A stretch of 64,000 nucleotides of DNA from Camelus ferus (GCF_009834535.1 NC_045696.1:60452001-60516000); one strand, 5' to 3'. Shown: positions 1 through 15,282, numbered from the stretch's first letter. A program made the numbers and translations. The notes: generated by a model not told the origin, from the sequence alone.

Positions 1-285
1 AATAAATGTTGACAGGCTTTTAACAGTTCATTCTTTAACAATTTCTCTAGCTAAAAAGAACACATTAAGCCAAATAAGTGTCCAATTAAGACTAATTAAT
101 TTTGCACATCCATGCTAATTGTTTTCTCATTAAAGTTTTTCCTGGTTTCTTTCTGACATCCTGGTCTATAAAATTTCTAATTCGAAATGCTAGGTTAGCT
201 ACAGTCTTAGAAATGAATGATATTTACACAATGATGAAAATAGCAAAGATAGTAATTTTGAGGGCCATAAGCCCACTTTAATTCA

Positions 286-525
<240 letters not shown>

Positions 526-3500
526 TTATGAAATATTTTTTCCTAAGTAATCTTATACAGGCTATTAGAATAACGTTATCACTAACTGTAAGAAAGTACA
601 ATATGACTCAGAAGGGGTAAAAGTCACTAATGAAACTCTGGAAGTTGGTTAAATAAGATCTCAGCACTCTGCCCACTCCTCTCCAAAGCTGATGTCTAAT
701 CAAGTCCCTCATTCTCTGCTAGGGTGAGTATAGCATTGTTTTCAATTTCAAATTATCACAAATGCAGGACAAAAGTCTTGTTTTAGATACGTAGTAAATG
801 TCAATCAGTATAGGACTGATTAAATAAATTACGAAAAACGAACACAATTTAGTATCATGTGGTTGTAAAATAAAATGAGAAAGCTCTCTATATACTTATA
901 CAGAAAGAGCTCCAAGATTTATTAAGTTAAAAAAGCAAAGTTTAGAATCTAGTATATAATTTTGCTAATTTTTGTATACAAGAGAGTATATATAGGAATA
1001 TATTTGTTTGCATATGCATAAAAACTATTTGAGAGGGATACACATAAAATGTATATAACCTCAGTTGTGATGTCCAGGGAACTTGGCAGATAGGAGATAT
1101 GGTGGGAGAGAGACTCTACCCTGTACATACTTAGAACATTTTTCTGAACCATATAAATGCTTACCTGTTACATTTTCCTTTTCCTTTTTTCTTAAAGAAG
1201 AAAAAGAGAAAACTAAGTTTTCAAGTCATCCTACGACAGAATTTGGAGCCTGGTTCAGTTTAGGACCTCTAAGGTTATTCTACGACTACTAAACTATTAT
1301 TAAGCATATTCCTTACTAAATTAGAGAAAATATGAGGGAGAAGACAAGTGACAATGACTGATCAACCTTTATCTGCCTGTGCTTCCGAGGTTGAGAGTAT
1401 CTTGGGCCAGGTCTAGACAGTGCTAGAAAGAAGCTCACCTTTGGGCTTCATTTATTCCAATTTATCAACGTGCAACATTAAACTGCCTCTCTCACCAGAC
1501 ATGTGGCAAAGAGAAAATAACAAATGATTCCTTTTTTTCTTCATTGAGAGAAGAAAGATGACAGAATATGATGTGAAAATAAGAAGCAAAGAAAACTAGG
1601 AGGTAAGATCAGGAGGAGTACGGTAAGTGAGAGGGTAACAATACTGGAGGTGGAAGCACACAGAGTGGGAGCAAAAAAACTATGCCCTACAGATGCTAGA
1701 AAAATCCAGTAAACATCTTAAAAAATACAAAGGCCTGTGGAAACTGATTAGGGTCTGTAAATACACAACTATGACCCTCTTCTTAAACCTAGAAAGGGGA
1801 GTAGGTAAGGGAAAGGGGCTTCAATTAAAAAAAATTTTTTTTTCTTCAATTCAGAAAGACAATTCAGCCTATGCTGTATGTAAATCAATGGTAATTATTA
1901 TGCAAATTATACAGGGTATGTGGGTTCTGGGCAACCTGCCAGTGTGGTCAACAATGCTTCAAAGTCTATGCACCAAAGTCACAGAGGGAAACATTTGGCA
2001 GGAGAATGTAAGTGGGTGTCACAGCTTCCTGAAGAGAGTCACTGAGAAAAGAAAGTTTCATCTCTGGCCAATCTAAAATTTTTTCAACCCCTCCACTTCA
2101 GAAAATAATATTCAAGTTAACACTGCGCAAAACAAACAAAAAAAGCAAAAACTCTTTTAAAATATGATTCAAAATATTTCTAATATAAAACAAGTAAGAA
2201 AAAGATGTTAAACATTTTATACAAAACAGAATAAAAACAAGATAGCATCAGGTATTTTTTTACATATGTTGATAACAAACAACATCCAAGTGCCAAAAAC
2301 CATGACAGCTCAATAGCTTTCTGCGGCATAGCAACTTCAAGGAAAGGCTTTGTAAGGAACAAATCCAGCCCAAGTTACTTAATGTGAAACGGATGTAATC
2401 CTTGACTGTACAAAGCCCTTTCATGAAGAGTTAAGGAGTTCTAGGTCATTGCTTTCTGGCACTGGAGGTAATGCTGCCTTTCATTGTAGATTCAAGCCTC
2501 AACTCAAGGTGGATTTTATGGATAAAACGGTCAACACTGACTTGTTAGAATAAGCAAATTAAAACACCTAGCATATTTACAAGTTCAAAGACAGAAAAAT
2601 CAAATCAGTGGACACTTTATATGCAATTTTTCTTTTCTTAGGGCAGGGTAACACACATCTTTTACCAAAGACACAGAATAAAATTATTTTATCTCAGAAG
2701 AGCACCAGTGGCTCTTGCAATTTGTAATCTGTTTTAAATAGAACTGACATATTTTCTGTTTTATTCACCACTATCACCCCAGTACCCAAAATGCTATCTG
2801 GAACATAGTGAGACTCTGTAAATGTTGATACAGCTGCCTACTATCCATACCAAACATCCTCACAGTTTACCACTTTATTCTTTATAAAAATTTTTGCATA
2901 GAGTGGTAGTTTCAATTTTTTTCTTAATTCACTAAGTAGCAACATAGTGAAATGGGTATGGAAAGAACAAAGCCCCTTGGTGGAACAAAAATGGCTCATT
3001 AATGCAGGTAAAATTACCTTCCTTAATATAGACTTGGCTTCTTTTTCTGTTCACATCCTTTCCAGATCTTTTAGTAAAAGGTGATCTATCAGTTAAGTGT
3101 GTTTGCCTTAGAGATTAGTGGTCTTACTTGCTACGAGTACCATAAAATATTTTTGCTTTTCTTTTTCCCTTCAACATATGAACATTATTAGAACTGAAGA
3201 ATTTGAAATTTTAAAGTTTAAGTCCTAAGTCGTCTGCTATAATATCTCCACATGATTTGACTCCTGTTATTCCTACTTTTGGAGAAATATATTATATTAT
3301 AAAGATCATGCAATCAGGCTTTATCAAGAGTGGAGAAATTAGTAATCATCTAAATAATACTCAACACACTTGATTTTTTTCCCCTTAACTGTTTTATAAA
3401 TTTAAAATAGAATTTTTCAGTAAAAAATTTCAATACCAAATGGAACTCTTCAATTAATCTGCTTTCTTAACCTCACAGTCCATTCATAGATAGATATATA

Positions 3501-5512
3501 GATAGATAGATATAGATTTATTTAAATAATATGCCAATTTTCATCCAGCCAAGCACTAAGCTCTGCCTATTCAATTCAGAGATTTTTTGACTCCTCAAGG
3601 ATCACTGCCACCGGATAACTGAAACCTGACACCCTTCAGTGAGAAAGTTTTGCTCTCTTAAAAGGCAGACATGATTTTCCCCATTTTACACCATAGACAC
3701 TAGTATTACTGAATTTATTAAAGTATATATTAAACCAATGATTACAAGTTTTATCACACATTCTTAAGGCAATCAAAATCAACTTTTAAACCACCGAAAC
3801 CCAAAAAACAATTTAGAGGAGATAGTTTAAATTTCTTACCTATTACGAGTTGTTTTATTGCAACTTGGGGTGGGGAGTGAGATCTTCTAAAATTCCCTTC
3901 ACTCTCCAAATTCAACTAGAAATGGACATACAGTGCAACCCCAAAGACATACAACAAAATAAGTAGCCCAGAGCAATAGCCACTTCAGTATCTTAACCAT
4001 CATAGTTATTGCTAATGCCCCACTCTCACAGTGTCACTTTCTTCCATTCTTCATGATTTTTTACTGTCCCAATACTTGATTTTACATATTAGCAAATTTC
4101 ATTTTTAAATGGCAAGCTTTTCAGCATCAGGACATGAAATTTACTGTATCATAAGCATGGTATATATAACATGGTATACAGATAACTGATTTTCAGCATA
4201 ATGACTCTGAGCTTTAGGAAAGGTTATTTCTCTCGTATTTCCTGAATACTAGGCAAAGAAGTATGTCATGCTTTTTAAAAGAAAGAATTACACATCCATA
4301 TGTTTTTTAAAGTTAGGTTTTGGTTCTGTGGAAAAGTTATTTACCCAGAATGCATAATTCCCTGGGGAAATGAGATAAATAAAATACGAACACATTCTTT
4401 TACTAATTTTCTTCATTTTTCTCTTAAGTACTGTTTCATATTTCCATCCCCAGTCTTATAATCAGTTATTCACCTTAAAGCCTCTCCTTCCACCATGAAG
4501 TTAGCATGTAGGAGAAAGTATGACAAACAGCTATACTATATTTCTCTCCTCCTTTTTAATTAAGTTTTCCTCATTTTGAATCATTCGATTTAGAATCTTT
4601 TTGATATCAAAATCACGAATCTTTTCTGGAAATAAATGATGTATATAATAAATTGCTGGGAAAGGATTCTCTATATAATTCATAATCTATTTGATCTGTG
4701 AAATATACTCTTCCTTCTTGAGTTCAGCATAACCTTGAATAATTAATTTCTACTCAGATCATCTATAGTGTTATTAACAAAAAACCCAGTTCCTTTTTCA
4801 GCACCTGATAAGAGATCTGGCATATAACAGGCAATTATTTGCTGAGAGAATGAAAAAGGAGATCATTTCAGAATAAGGAGAAGTAGGTAATTAAAAAGCA
4901 CCCTGCTCTATACCATTGAATTACTAAGGAGTGTGAAAAGACCTATAAAATGCATATCATATTGGATTAAGATAGTATCGTTATATTTCACTAAAAAGGA
5001 TTCTTAGATTTCAACAATGTTATCTCAACAATCTGCATAAAATCCTTCTGTGGTAGAAAACATTTCCTAATTCACAGGTAACAGGCCAGGACAATTTAAA
5101 ACCACTTGTTTTTGTTATTCTCACACCTCTGTCTGCCATATATTACTTCTAGTCATTTCACCTTCCTAAGAATTCCCTAAAAAAGACTGCCCCAACACAT
5201 TTTCTTATATACAGTATACTTAGAATAGGCCAACTCTTTCATCGAGCAACTAGATAGATATATTAATACTTAAATAATACCCTTAGAAATATCATAATAC
5301 ATTATAAATAAGTTTAACTAGCTCAAATTAGACAAGCAAAAATGACAAACTGTAAAAATCTGATCTGTATTTAGAAACACCTAGAACATACAAAGATTCC
5401 AAATAACATCCTACTAGAAGATAATACTCTGACTTTCAGTCAGAATTTTAGAATACATTACATTCAAGAATAGTATCAGAAAAACATGGCAATAAAATAC
5501 CAAGGAAAATAT

Positions 5513-5517
<5 letters not shown>

Positions 5518-5548
<31 letters not shown>
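5518..5548 (+). repeat. (AT)15 microsatellite
   Basis: Perfect dinucleotide run. Confidence 0.95.
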
Positions 5549-5550
<2 letters not shown>

Positions 5551-6411
5551 GTTGTTTTTAAAGACTTGTAATAGATTTCCCACAGACCAGCAGTGAATGC
5601 AAAATATCATTTATCACAATTTTATAAGTTATTTCCCTCAAAACCTGGTATTGTTCTATATATAAAGAACTTGATTTATTCATTATATGTATCACTGAGA
5701 AAGATATTAACCCCAAGAAAAGAAAGGGAAGAATGGAAGGAGGGAGGGGGAGGTGGATAAAGGGATTGCACAAAACATGAAATATAAAATGTCAGTAATT
5801 ATGACAAAAAACAAGTCTTAGTACGATCAATAACCAAAGAAATTAAATTTAAACTATAATGAGATACCAATCTTAAGTTACAAAAAAGCAAAGTTTCATA
5901 CTCAAAGCTGGTTAGAGTATGGACAGCACCATCTTAGAACCACTGCAGGTAGCAATGTAATTGATACAACACTTCTGGAAGGAGTAACATTAACAAGAAA
6001 CCTTTTATTATATTATTTATTTATTTAAAGAAATCTTTTTAAAACTTCATGCCCTTTGATTCAGCAGTGCATAAAGACCCATACACAAATATTTTAAGTG
6101 AAGCATGATTTAAAATGAAGGCAAAGAGAAAACAAATTTTCAACAACATAGCAATCATTGAATATAATGTGATAGTCAAAAAAAAATACATTATGCAGCT
6201 AATAAAATATGAAAAAAAATCTTCAGTAACATTAAAAGCAACTTATACATACTTTAAGTTACAAATTGAGAAATTCAATCTACCTATACAAATTTGAAGA
6301 CAGAAGGGAATATGGCAGAAAATTAAGGTATTTACCTCTAGGAAATGTGATTATGGGTTATTTTAGTTTTTCAAAATTTTCTATAGAAGCCATCCTTATA
6401 TATTCCAAAAG

Positions 6412-6610
6412 CAGTGGTATGCTGGTAAATGTTTAACAAGAGTTTAAAGAGTCAGAGGGTAGGGTTGCTGATTTCCATGGTTTAAATATTCTCACCATGG
6501 CTAATTTTAAGCTACCAATGGTTTGATTTAGTACCAGCTTGTAAAATTCCTGAAAACTTACCAATTGGCTCTGGCAAGCTAGCACAAACTGGGTTCAGCA
6601 CACCACTAAG
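6412..6610 (-). mobile_element. hAT-Blackjack MITE (MER63A-like)
   Basis: TIRs cagtggtatgctgg and cagcacaccact; perfect 8-bp TSD tccaaaag at 6404-6411 and 6611-6618. Confidence 0.85.
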
Positions 6611-6914
6611 TCCAAAAGTAATACAAAATATATAAATAATGCTAGTGATGATGATTTAAATCACAAAAGCAAAAACAAGTAGCCCTCAAAATAAAAAAGT
6701 CATGCTAAGTGATCTTTTTAAAAAGACTTCTTCACTATATGAGGGAAGAAAACAAAAGAGAAAAATAACTATAAAGACGTAAATACATTACACAGAGTTC
6801 AGAGACTTCCTAGGAATACCAAAACGCTACATATAGTCAACTACTACTGTACTGAAGAGGAAAAAAAGCAACTAATTCCTAACAGTATTTGTGGGTCACT
6901 TGTTTTTTTACTAA

Positions 6915-7040
6915 TCCAGTCATTCACCCATAGTATTTATTGAGGGTCTGTTATTCCATGCCTGCTATTCCAGGCTCTTGGGATACAGCTGTGAATAAAA
7001 TGAAGTCCCTACCCTCATCAAGCTTACATTCTACTCTAGC
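6915..7040 (-). mobile_element. L2 3' end
   Basis: tatttattgag...ttgggatacagctgtgaataaaa...ccctaccctcat...gcttacattcta, the reverse complement of an L2 3' terminus. Confidence 0.75.
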
Positions 7041-7354
7041 ACAGGTATCTTTTCCTGATAAGTAACTGGTACAGAATTTTCCTGAAACCATAATATTAAA
7101 ATATGTAAAACTACTATGAATGAGAAGCAAGGGCACTGAATACCACCTGTTAGTTCTTAAAGAAAAGAGAGATGGGCTAAGAAAAGTTTGTTTTTAAAAA
7201 AAAGACACGGTGAAAGAGAAGTGGAAAAATTTAAAGCAATGGCCCACCACCTCCGTACAGGCATGCATCCCTTCCTTCCTCCAGGTGAAGCTGACGTAAC
7301 ATTCCAACTTTACTAAGCCACGTGAGACTTATGTCTGCCTAAAGGTCCAGCCTA

Positions 7355-7546
<192 letters not shown>

Positions 7547-8489
7547 TTAAAAAAAAAAGCCAATTTTAGAAATAAACAAAAGTCCATTGTGACAAAAAGC
7601 CACTACATGTTTAATTTAATCCTGTGCTAAACCTATATATCGGTGCTCCCAGAATGATTATTTATGTATGTGTGTATAAGTAAATGTGTGCATTGAAGAA
7701 TAAATTAACAGGCAATTGAAAAATAAGAATCAACAGCATATAAATTGAGGCAACAAACTAGGATTTTACAAAAATTTATCTAGAAAAAAAAGGCTAAGGA
7801 TGTTCTGGGAAAAGATAATATGACCCAGCGGAATAAAGTAGAAGCAAGGACAATTTCACTCTCCCATTTAAGGAAACTGATACAAAAGTTAAAAGCACAC
7901 AAAAAAGGTTAAATTCCAAAAATCAATTAAAATACTTGGAGATAAAAAGGGTATTTAGACTTCATGATGAGTTTTCTCTCAATTTACAAAATACCACAAA
8001 AACAACACAAAATTCTAAAAGGTAATCTCATCAAAAAAGATGAAATAAACTAGCAATGATATTTAATCATTGTTAAGTTCAATTATTTCTGGCAATATCT
8101 TAGCCAGTATTTTCCTGGCCTCTACAATAAATCATCAACACACATGTGTTTATAAAATTGCGTATGGTTTTAGGCTGCTGCTATATACAAGACATGATTC
8201 TAACTACATAATAAGTAGAGAAATCCTACAAGAAACATTAAGATGTCAACAGTGTTATCTCATCTTTAGATCTCAGTTCTCACAGATGTAAGGAGTTGCT
8301 TGTCCTGAAAAAATATACAGAGGTTCTATAATCACTAATGATAACATCAATTCTCATCAGAATCGATGGTGCACAGTCATCCACTCCTCACTGCTACATT
8401 TTCAATCTATTTCTGAAATGAAAACATAAGTATCTTAAAGCTAAGAAACTTTCAACTCAACAGGCTATGAACTACATTAAAAATCCTGG

Positions 8490-8625
8490 ACCCTTCCACC
8501 ACATGATGACACAATGAGAAGTCTGCAACCTGGAAGAGGACCCTTACCCAACCATGCTGGCACCCTGATCACAGATTTCCAGCCTCATGAACTGCGAGAA
8601 ATAAATTTCTGTTGTTTATAAGCTT
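8490..8625 (+). mobile_element. MaLR LTR 3' fragment (MLT1-like)
   Basis: tgctggcaccctgatc...ttccagcctc...gagaaataaatttctgttgtttataagc motif. Confidence 0.8.
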
Positions 8626-11600
8626 TAAAAAAAAAAATCTTGATAATGGTCCAGAAAGTACAATGTGCTAATGGTTACATTTTCAAAAACTACTCTTAAA
8701 AAAAATGGTCCAAAAGAGTATAAACATCTGACAGATGCACAGTGTAAAGTTGGAAGACAGAGCTGTGTAGAGATGTTCATGAGAAAAATGCAACATAAGC
8801 CAGGAATTTCAGACTGACAAAGAACTGGTAAATTTTCATAAATTCCTGAAATGTGGGCAGCAGCGAGAAGTGCAAATCAAAGAGAACCTGGGCACAAAAA
8901 CATGACTGTAAATGATTATTTACCTAACAATTCTTTCTGTCAGGTTATAGAATAGTCCTAGTGACCGTTCTTATGGCTTCTTTTGGTATCGTTATTTGAA
9001 ACATAAAATAGAACAGCAGTCACCTCCACAAGGCTCTGGAATACAGACGTGGTACCATCTCTGACATGCTGTTTACTGAAATACAACTATTTAAGACTGG
9101 GTATGAATAAGGAGAAATGACAACAGACTAAGCAGCTGTTGAATTGCTCTGTCCTGTTTTGCAGAGGCACCAAAAAGTAGTTCCAACACTTCTGTCAGCT
9201 TATAAATTACAAAGAAACCGTGAAAATATAGCATGCAGCCATAAGAAAGAGAGGAACATTTTTTAAGCAAAAGTGTTGAGTAGAGTTTAAGACACATTCA
9301 CAAATCAGTTCTGTAATTAGCAGCTATTCACAAACCAAGGAAAAGCCTTCAAGTGCAAACAGTGAAAAGATTAATACATATATCTAAAACTTTCAGTCAT
9401 TTCCACATATATGGAAAGTGATCATACTGGTACTAGCATTCTCAAATATGAGGCACACTTTTACCATTATAAAAGCACAGACCCAAACCTATATCAACAG
9501 ATCAAAGCCTTATGAATGCCAATAAGCATACAGCAAGTTACATTTTTAGAATGCTCCAACAGACTTATCATTCAAAAATGGGATAAAGTAATCTCTACTT
9601 ATACCCACACATGGTCCAGTGTGGTCCAGTCTAAGATGCTTAGAAAAGATGTTGGAAAGAGATGGGTATGAAAATGATAAGGCAGCTAGAAAGAAAGAGA
9701 TGCAAAAAGTTTGGGATAAGAATCTCTGACCAAAGGAAAAGTACAATAGTCTAGAAAAACATGAAAACTTCTTAAGCATGGCAAAAGAGACAATAATTTA
9801 TCCGTAAGTTGTCTACTTTTTCTTTGAGAACTACCTTTAAAAAAAAAATCAAGTTCTCAGTGTTACTTTTCACCTAAAATAAACCAAAGTATAATTAATC
9901 AAAGCAGGCATCTGCAGATGTGTGATACTTGAAAAGACGGGTTTGCTGGATTTTTGAAACATATTCATTAGAACATCAAGAAAACTAATAGGCTAGGAAA
10001 TATGTTAGATTTTTAAAAAACAAAAACAAAACCTCTGGTTGCTTTCCCATCGTTTAAGCTTTGCCATTCAATCTAGTCCCATGTGCAACCTCCTACCTAC
10101 ATTTGAGAGCCTCAATTTCAATGCTGTTCTCACTACCAAACCAGAAATACCATCAACACTGTCAACTACCCTTTCATAAGATTTGACTAAACTCAGACAT
10201 TTTTCCACCTGAAACTCTAAGACCCTGGCTCATCCACTGACAAAAGCTCTCTCAGCCTCCCACTTTGAGATTAAGGAAGCCATTAGGCATGACTCCCAAG
10301 TCATGCATCTACCTTCTATATTCATCTAACTTCTTCCCCAAAATTCTTTCAAGAGGTAGAGCTCATGCTTCCTCACTCCCTGCCACTGCCCAAGCTGATT
10401 CTTTCTCGCTACTTCTAAGATACGCATTTCTTAATTATTGTGAGGCTTTTCTCATTTTTGATCACTCTCTCTTCATTTTCTCAACCTTAAACATAAAGAT
10501 GTCTCTCCAAAATGAAAAAATCCTTCCCTTGATTCTAATCACTAGTAACTCAAGCCCAGAATCCAGAATGACTCTTTTCCTTTTTCAAGACTTTTTTCAT
10601 GTCTGGTCCCAAAATAAACAAACTATCCTACTTTTGTATTTAACTATTTCATGTACCTGTATCTTATCTTGATATCTGAAAGTAAGATATTCTTCTTTGG
10701 TATTTCCCATAAATTATTCAGTTTAAAATAATACAACAAAAGTTTTAAATTTCCTGAGATTGTACTATAGACAGAGGATAACACCAGATACTGAGAACAT
10801 TCTAAATATAAAATTCCTTTCCAAAGGTCTTAAAATGCAGATGGGAAATTTTGACACATTAAAAAAAAAAAACTAGTAACACTAATAAACTAATAAAATG
10901 GCACATATGAGGCTCACCCTAAATGAATGGTACAGGGAATAAGGGCAAGAATCAGAGAAATTAGTGAGATTTGAACTGCAAAAGGCTTCATGGATGAAAC
11001 AAGAGACTTAATTAGAGCTGCAGGTTTATCACATATATCCCCCTTTTATTTTTTTCCTTCCAAACCTGCTACTCTTCCCAACTACTTTCTTCCAGACTCA
11101 ATAATGTTAATATGTGAAGTAACAAATGTAAAGGGACCTAAAATAATGTTGCCAGACATAGTATACGATAGATATTTCACGTGGTTTGCAAATTTTGGTC
11201 TACCCTTCACTCCCAAACAACAAGGTGACTCCTGACAATCATTTTGAACTCTTCTTTCTCTTCATTCTCAATATCCTACATCCATATCCATTTTATTCCA
11301 ATTAACCTTTTCAACCTTGATGCTTTAGGGCATTATCATCTACCAATGTACTCTTCCACAAATAAATACACAACTGTTTTCTTGCCATTTCCCCAGTAAG
11401 GAATAAACAATAAGCTCTTTGTTGCCCATGATATCAATTATACACTCCCCAGCTCAGCTTTCAAGATTCTACACGGTCTACTTCACAGAAAAGACCTAGG
11501 TTACTTGGCAGAAGTTATCTGTCCTTACCACCTCTGCTCTCCGTTTCTGGAGCCATGTGTTCCTTTCAATTTTCAAGTTTTGGTATTCTCATTCATCTTC

Positions 11601-12146
11601 CTACCCATTTGAGTAAAAAGAAAGCAGCTTTGTGCTTTCCTCTATACTCTGTTACTGACTCCATTCCTACCCATCTCCAAGGCTCTGTAGCTTCACTGCC
11701 TCTCTAAAACAATCTCCCTTACTTCACCAACTATACCTTCTCTGCCTAAAAGCACACTGAAATTTACCCTATGAAATAAATTCTCGTGGACCAAAATTTT
11801 TCCAATAGCTTCCTTCTTCTTATGGCTAAACTTTTCGAAATAATCTGTAGTAAGTATACATACAAAATAACTGCCTCCAAATCTAAAGAAATGGTTTATT
11901 CTGAGAGTAAAATAGTACACAGTCATATAAAAAATATATTTAACTATTGCTAGAAGGAAATTGTTTCAAAATATTGCCTAGGAAACAAACTGAATCAAAA
12001 TGACCAGAAGTATAACAAATGTTTACATGTAAAAAGAAAAATATAAAACAATTACCTGTACTGCAAACATGCTGCCTAAATGAAGAATGTTAACAATATT
12101 TGAGACTGTTCATTAAGTCCAGAAAAGGAGAAATTTAATACCAAGA

Positions 12147-12147
<1 letters not shown>

Positions 12148-12200
<53 letters not shown>
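12148..12200 (+). repeat. (TG)26 microsatellite
   Basis: Perfect dinucleotide run. Confidence 0.98.
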
Positions 12201-12202
<2 letters not shown>

Positions 12203-12771
12203 ATCTGTTTATGCCCAGGATGGTTTTGCCAAGAACAGGTGGATATAACCAGTCAACAGGAAGATCTCTAATTCCAAGCTCACCAAGACACAGAATAGGA
12301 CAGGGAGGAGAAGCACCACATCAATGGACTGGCCTTTGTGTGAATTATGACCCAGAACCCTGCCTTCTGCCTGACCCACGATTGCATGCAAAATTTTGAA
12401 AGCAGCTATATCTGTCAGAGTTTGAGAAAGTCTACAACTATCTTTTGATTATGAAAAGATTCAGGGATCCACAGTTCACAACAAACATTCTAGTCTACTC
12501 CCCTATAATATTTCTCATTATAAATCTGCATTTTGGTTGCTATATCAGCATCTTTAAATTAGATAATTATAAGATGAAGTGATCAAATCAAGTAAACCTG
12601 CCTGAAACCGTGCTGACCACCCCATCCTACCCATCTTACCTGGAAATTCTATTAACTTCTATAGCATCGTGATTTAAGTTCTCTCCTGTTCCTCACAGCC
12701 GTTCTTCTGGGTCCATCCTTCTACTGTATTCGTACTTTTATTTTCAGTAAAGAATTTCGGTAAATCTCTCT

Positions 12772-14027
12772 CAGTGGTTCTGTGAGGAACAAGTGTGGTC
12801 CAGGAACTTCTGAAGATCCCTGACACTCTTTTGGGTAGGGTGGTCCATGAGATCAAAAATACTTTCATTTTAAAGGGAACCCTCCTACCCTGTTGGTGGG
12901 AATGCAGTTTGGTGCAGCCATTGTGGGAAACAGTATGGAGATTCCTCAAAAGACTAGGAATAGACTTACCATATGACCCAGCAATCCCACTCCTGGGCAT
13001 ATATCCAGAAGGAACCCTACTTCAAAAAGACACCTGCACCCCAGTGTTCACAGAAGCACTATTTACAATAGCCAAGACATGGAAACAGCCTAAAAGTCCA
13101 TCAACAGATGACTGGATAAACAAGATGTGGTATATTTATACAATGGAATACTATTCAGCCATAAAAACCAACAACATAATGCCATTTGCAGCCACATGGA
13201 TGTCCCTGGAGAATGTCATTCTAAGTGAAGTAAGCCAGAAAGAGAAAGAAAAATACCATATGATATTGCTCATATGTGGAATCTTAAAAAAAAAAAAAAA
13301 AGACAACAAATAAACTTAAATTTAAAACAGAAACAGACTCATAGACATAGAATACAAACTTGTGGTTGCCAGGAGGGAGAGGGGTGGGAAGGGACAGACT
13401 GGGAGTTCGAAATTTGTAGATACTGACAGGTATATGTAGAACAGATAAACAAGTTTATACTGTATAGCACAGGGAAATATATACAAGATCTTGTGGTAGC
13501 TCACGGCGAAAAAGAATGTAACAATGAATATATGTATGTTCATGTATGACTGAAAAATTGTGTTGTACACTGGAAATTGACACAACATTATAAAATGACT
13601 ATAACTCAATAAAATAAAATTTAAAAAAAACCTTTCATTTTAATACCTGTTTTTTTCACTTTCCTTTTACGAGTATATAGTGACATTTTCCAGAAGCTAA
13701 TGAACATGCGATGTCACCACAGACTAAACGTATTAGCAAATATGAGAATCCAGTTAATTTATAACAAGCTATACAATAAACAAAATTGTAAAATTGTAAA
13801 ACAAATTCTCATAAAAACTTTTATATTATATTTCATTAAAAATATGTCATATGTTAACATGTAATGAGATCTGTTATTTATAAATTAATAAAATTTAAAA
13901 TTTCAGTTTTAATTCCTAATACGGTAAATACTGATATATATATATATATATATATAAAACCAACAGAAGCAAGAACTGTTGGGACTCCTCAATATATTTA
14001 AGAGACCAGAAATTTTGAGAACCACTG
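12772..14027 (+). mobile_element. hAT-Charlie non-autonomous DNA transposon (Charlie1b-like) interrupted by the L1 at 12874-13630
   Basis: Terminal inverted repeats cagtggttct (12772-12781) and agaaccactg (14018-14027); internal sequence resembles the Charlie1 consensus on both sides of the L1. Confidence 0.8.
12874..13630 (+). mobile_element. Relatively young 5'-truncated LINE-1 (ORF2 C-terminus, 3'UTR, A tail)
   Basis: Open frame [25 protein letters not shown]...[12 protein letters not shown]...MEYYSAIK typical of the L1 ORF2 C-terminus; AATAAA 13608-13613; TSD ctttcattttaa at 12862-12873 and 13632-13643. Confidence 0.95.
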
Positions 14028-14099
14028 ATCTTAAGTGTATTTTACATTCCCTTCCTCTTCTCCATTCAATCTCTTTCAATACAGATGCCTGGGCCTGAC

Positions 14100-15275
14100 C
14101 AACATAAAGAATAGTATAGTATAGATGTGTGTGCATGTGTGAGTTAGCAGACATACATGTATTTCTTAGATCTGTCTCCTGAGATCTTGAAGAAGCAATC
14201 ATGTCTAACACATCTAGCATCCAAAACTTGGTTTCTAAATACCATTATCCAAATAAAAGGAATTGGGGCCCCTTGAAGAAGCAACTGATTCCAAAGCTGG
14301 GGCAGGGTAAAATATAAGATGACCCTGGAACATCTTGTGGTGCCAGAAGTTAGAGAGCTAAAAAAAGGATCAGTGCATGTCAAAAGGACACAACAGCCTG
14401 TCTGAAAAGACCTCTTAATGGGCAAAGCTGAAACAATTTGAGCAACAAAACAGATGACAGACCTGGATGACAACTTACAGAAAAAACCAAATATGTATTC
14501 TGATATAAACTGAAATATTTTTTTAAATGGGGCGAAGGGACAACTACAATTAACATAAATATAGAAGGAATGAGGAAAATACAAATTCACATTTAGGCAG
14601 ACACTACATTAATAAGCAGGATTCACAAATGAATGTTAAAATAGGTAGGTAAAAATCTGAGTAGAAACAGGATATTTAAACAGACTTAAAGTATTTCCTC
14701 CAAGATACGTGGCAGTTACAAAGGAGAAAAAAGTAACTTTACAGTGGGGAGAACTGGCAGATATCATCTTAACAAAGGATTGAGATTATGTATTACCAGT
14801 AATAAGACACATCCACATTCTGTACTCCCCAACATGATGCACTGGAAACACTTCTGCAGAATTTGTCAAAAAATGCAGAGCTTCAATCTAATCATGAGAA
14901 AATATCAGGCAAACTCAAATTAAGAGATATTCTACAAAATAACTGACCAATAATCAACAACAACAAGTATCAAGGTCATAAAAGATAAGGACAGACTGAA
15001 CAACTGTCATGGAACCGAGGAGACTCAGATACAACAACTAAATGCAACGTGGGATCCTGAATTGAATCCTGAAATAGAAGAGAGACATTAGGGGGAAAAC
15101 AGACGAAACTCAACTAAGGTCTGTAGTTTACTTAGTAGTTTTTTACCAAAATTAAGTTCCTCGTTTTGATAACTGTACTATGGCCGTATAAGCTTTGATA
15201 TTAGAGAAAGCTGGGTAATGAGTTTATGTGAACTCGGTACTTTTTCTGCAACTTTTTTATAAGTCTAAAATTATC
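14100..15275 (+). mobile_element. Old L1 3' region (L1MC/MD-like)
   Basis: Motifs such as gtaactttacagtgg, aatctaatcatgagaaa, caactaaatgcaacgtgggatcctg and gcaacttttttataagtctaaaattat typical of L1MC/MD 3'UTRs. Confidence 0.7.
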
Positions 15276-15282
15276 TCCACCC

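Noticed and set aside
1693..2076. 127-aa plus-strand ORF and the other short hydrophobic ORFs in the track
   Set aside because: No domain, splice or polyA support; most lie in repeats or AT-rich intron where such ORFs arise by chance.
12151..12399. ORF starting MCVCVCV...
   Set aside because: Artefact of the (TG)n microsatellite.
12795..13313. 172-aa ORF as a host gene
   Set aside because: Chimera of DNA-transposon sequence and a 5'-truncated L1 ORF2 C-terminus, with a non-ATG start.
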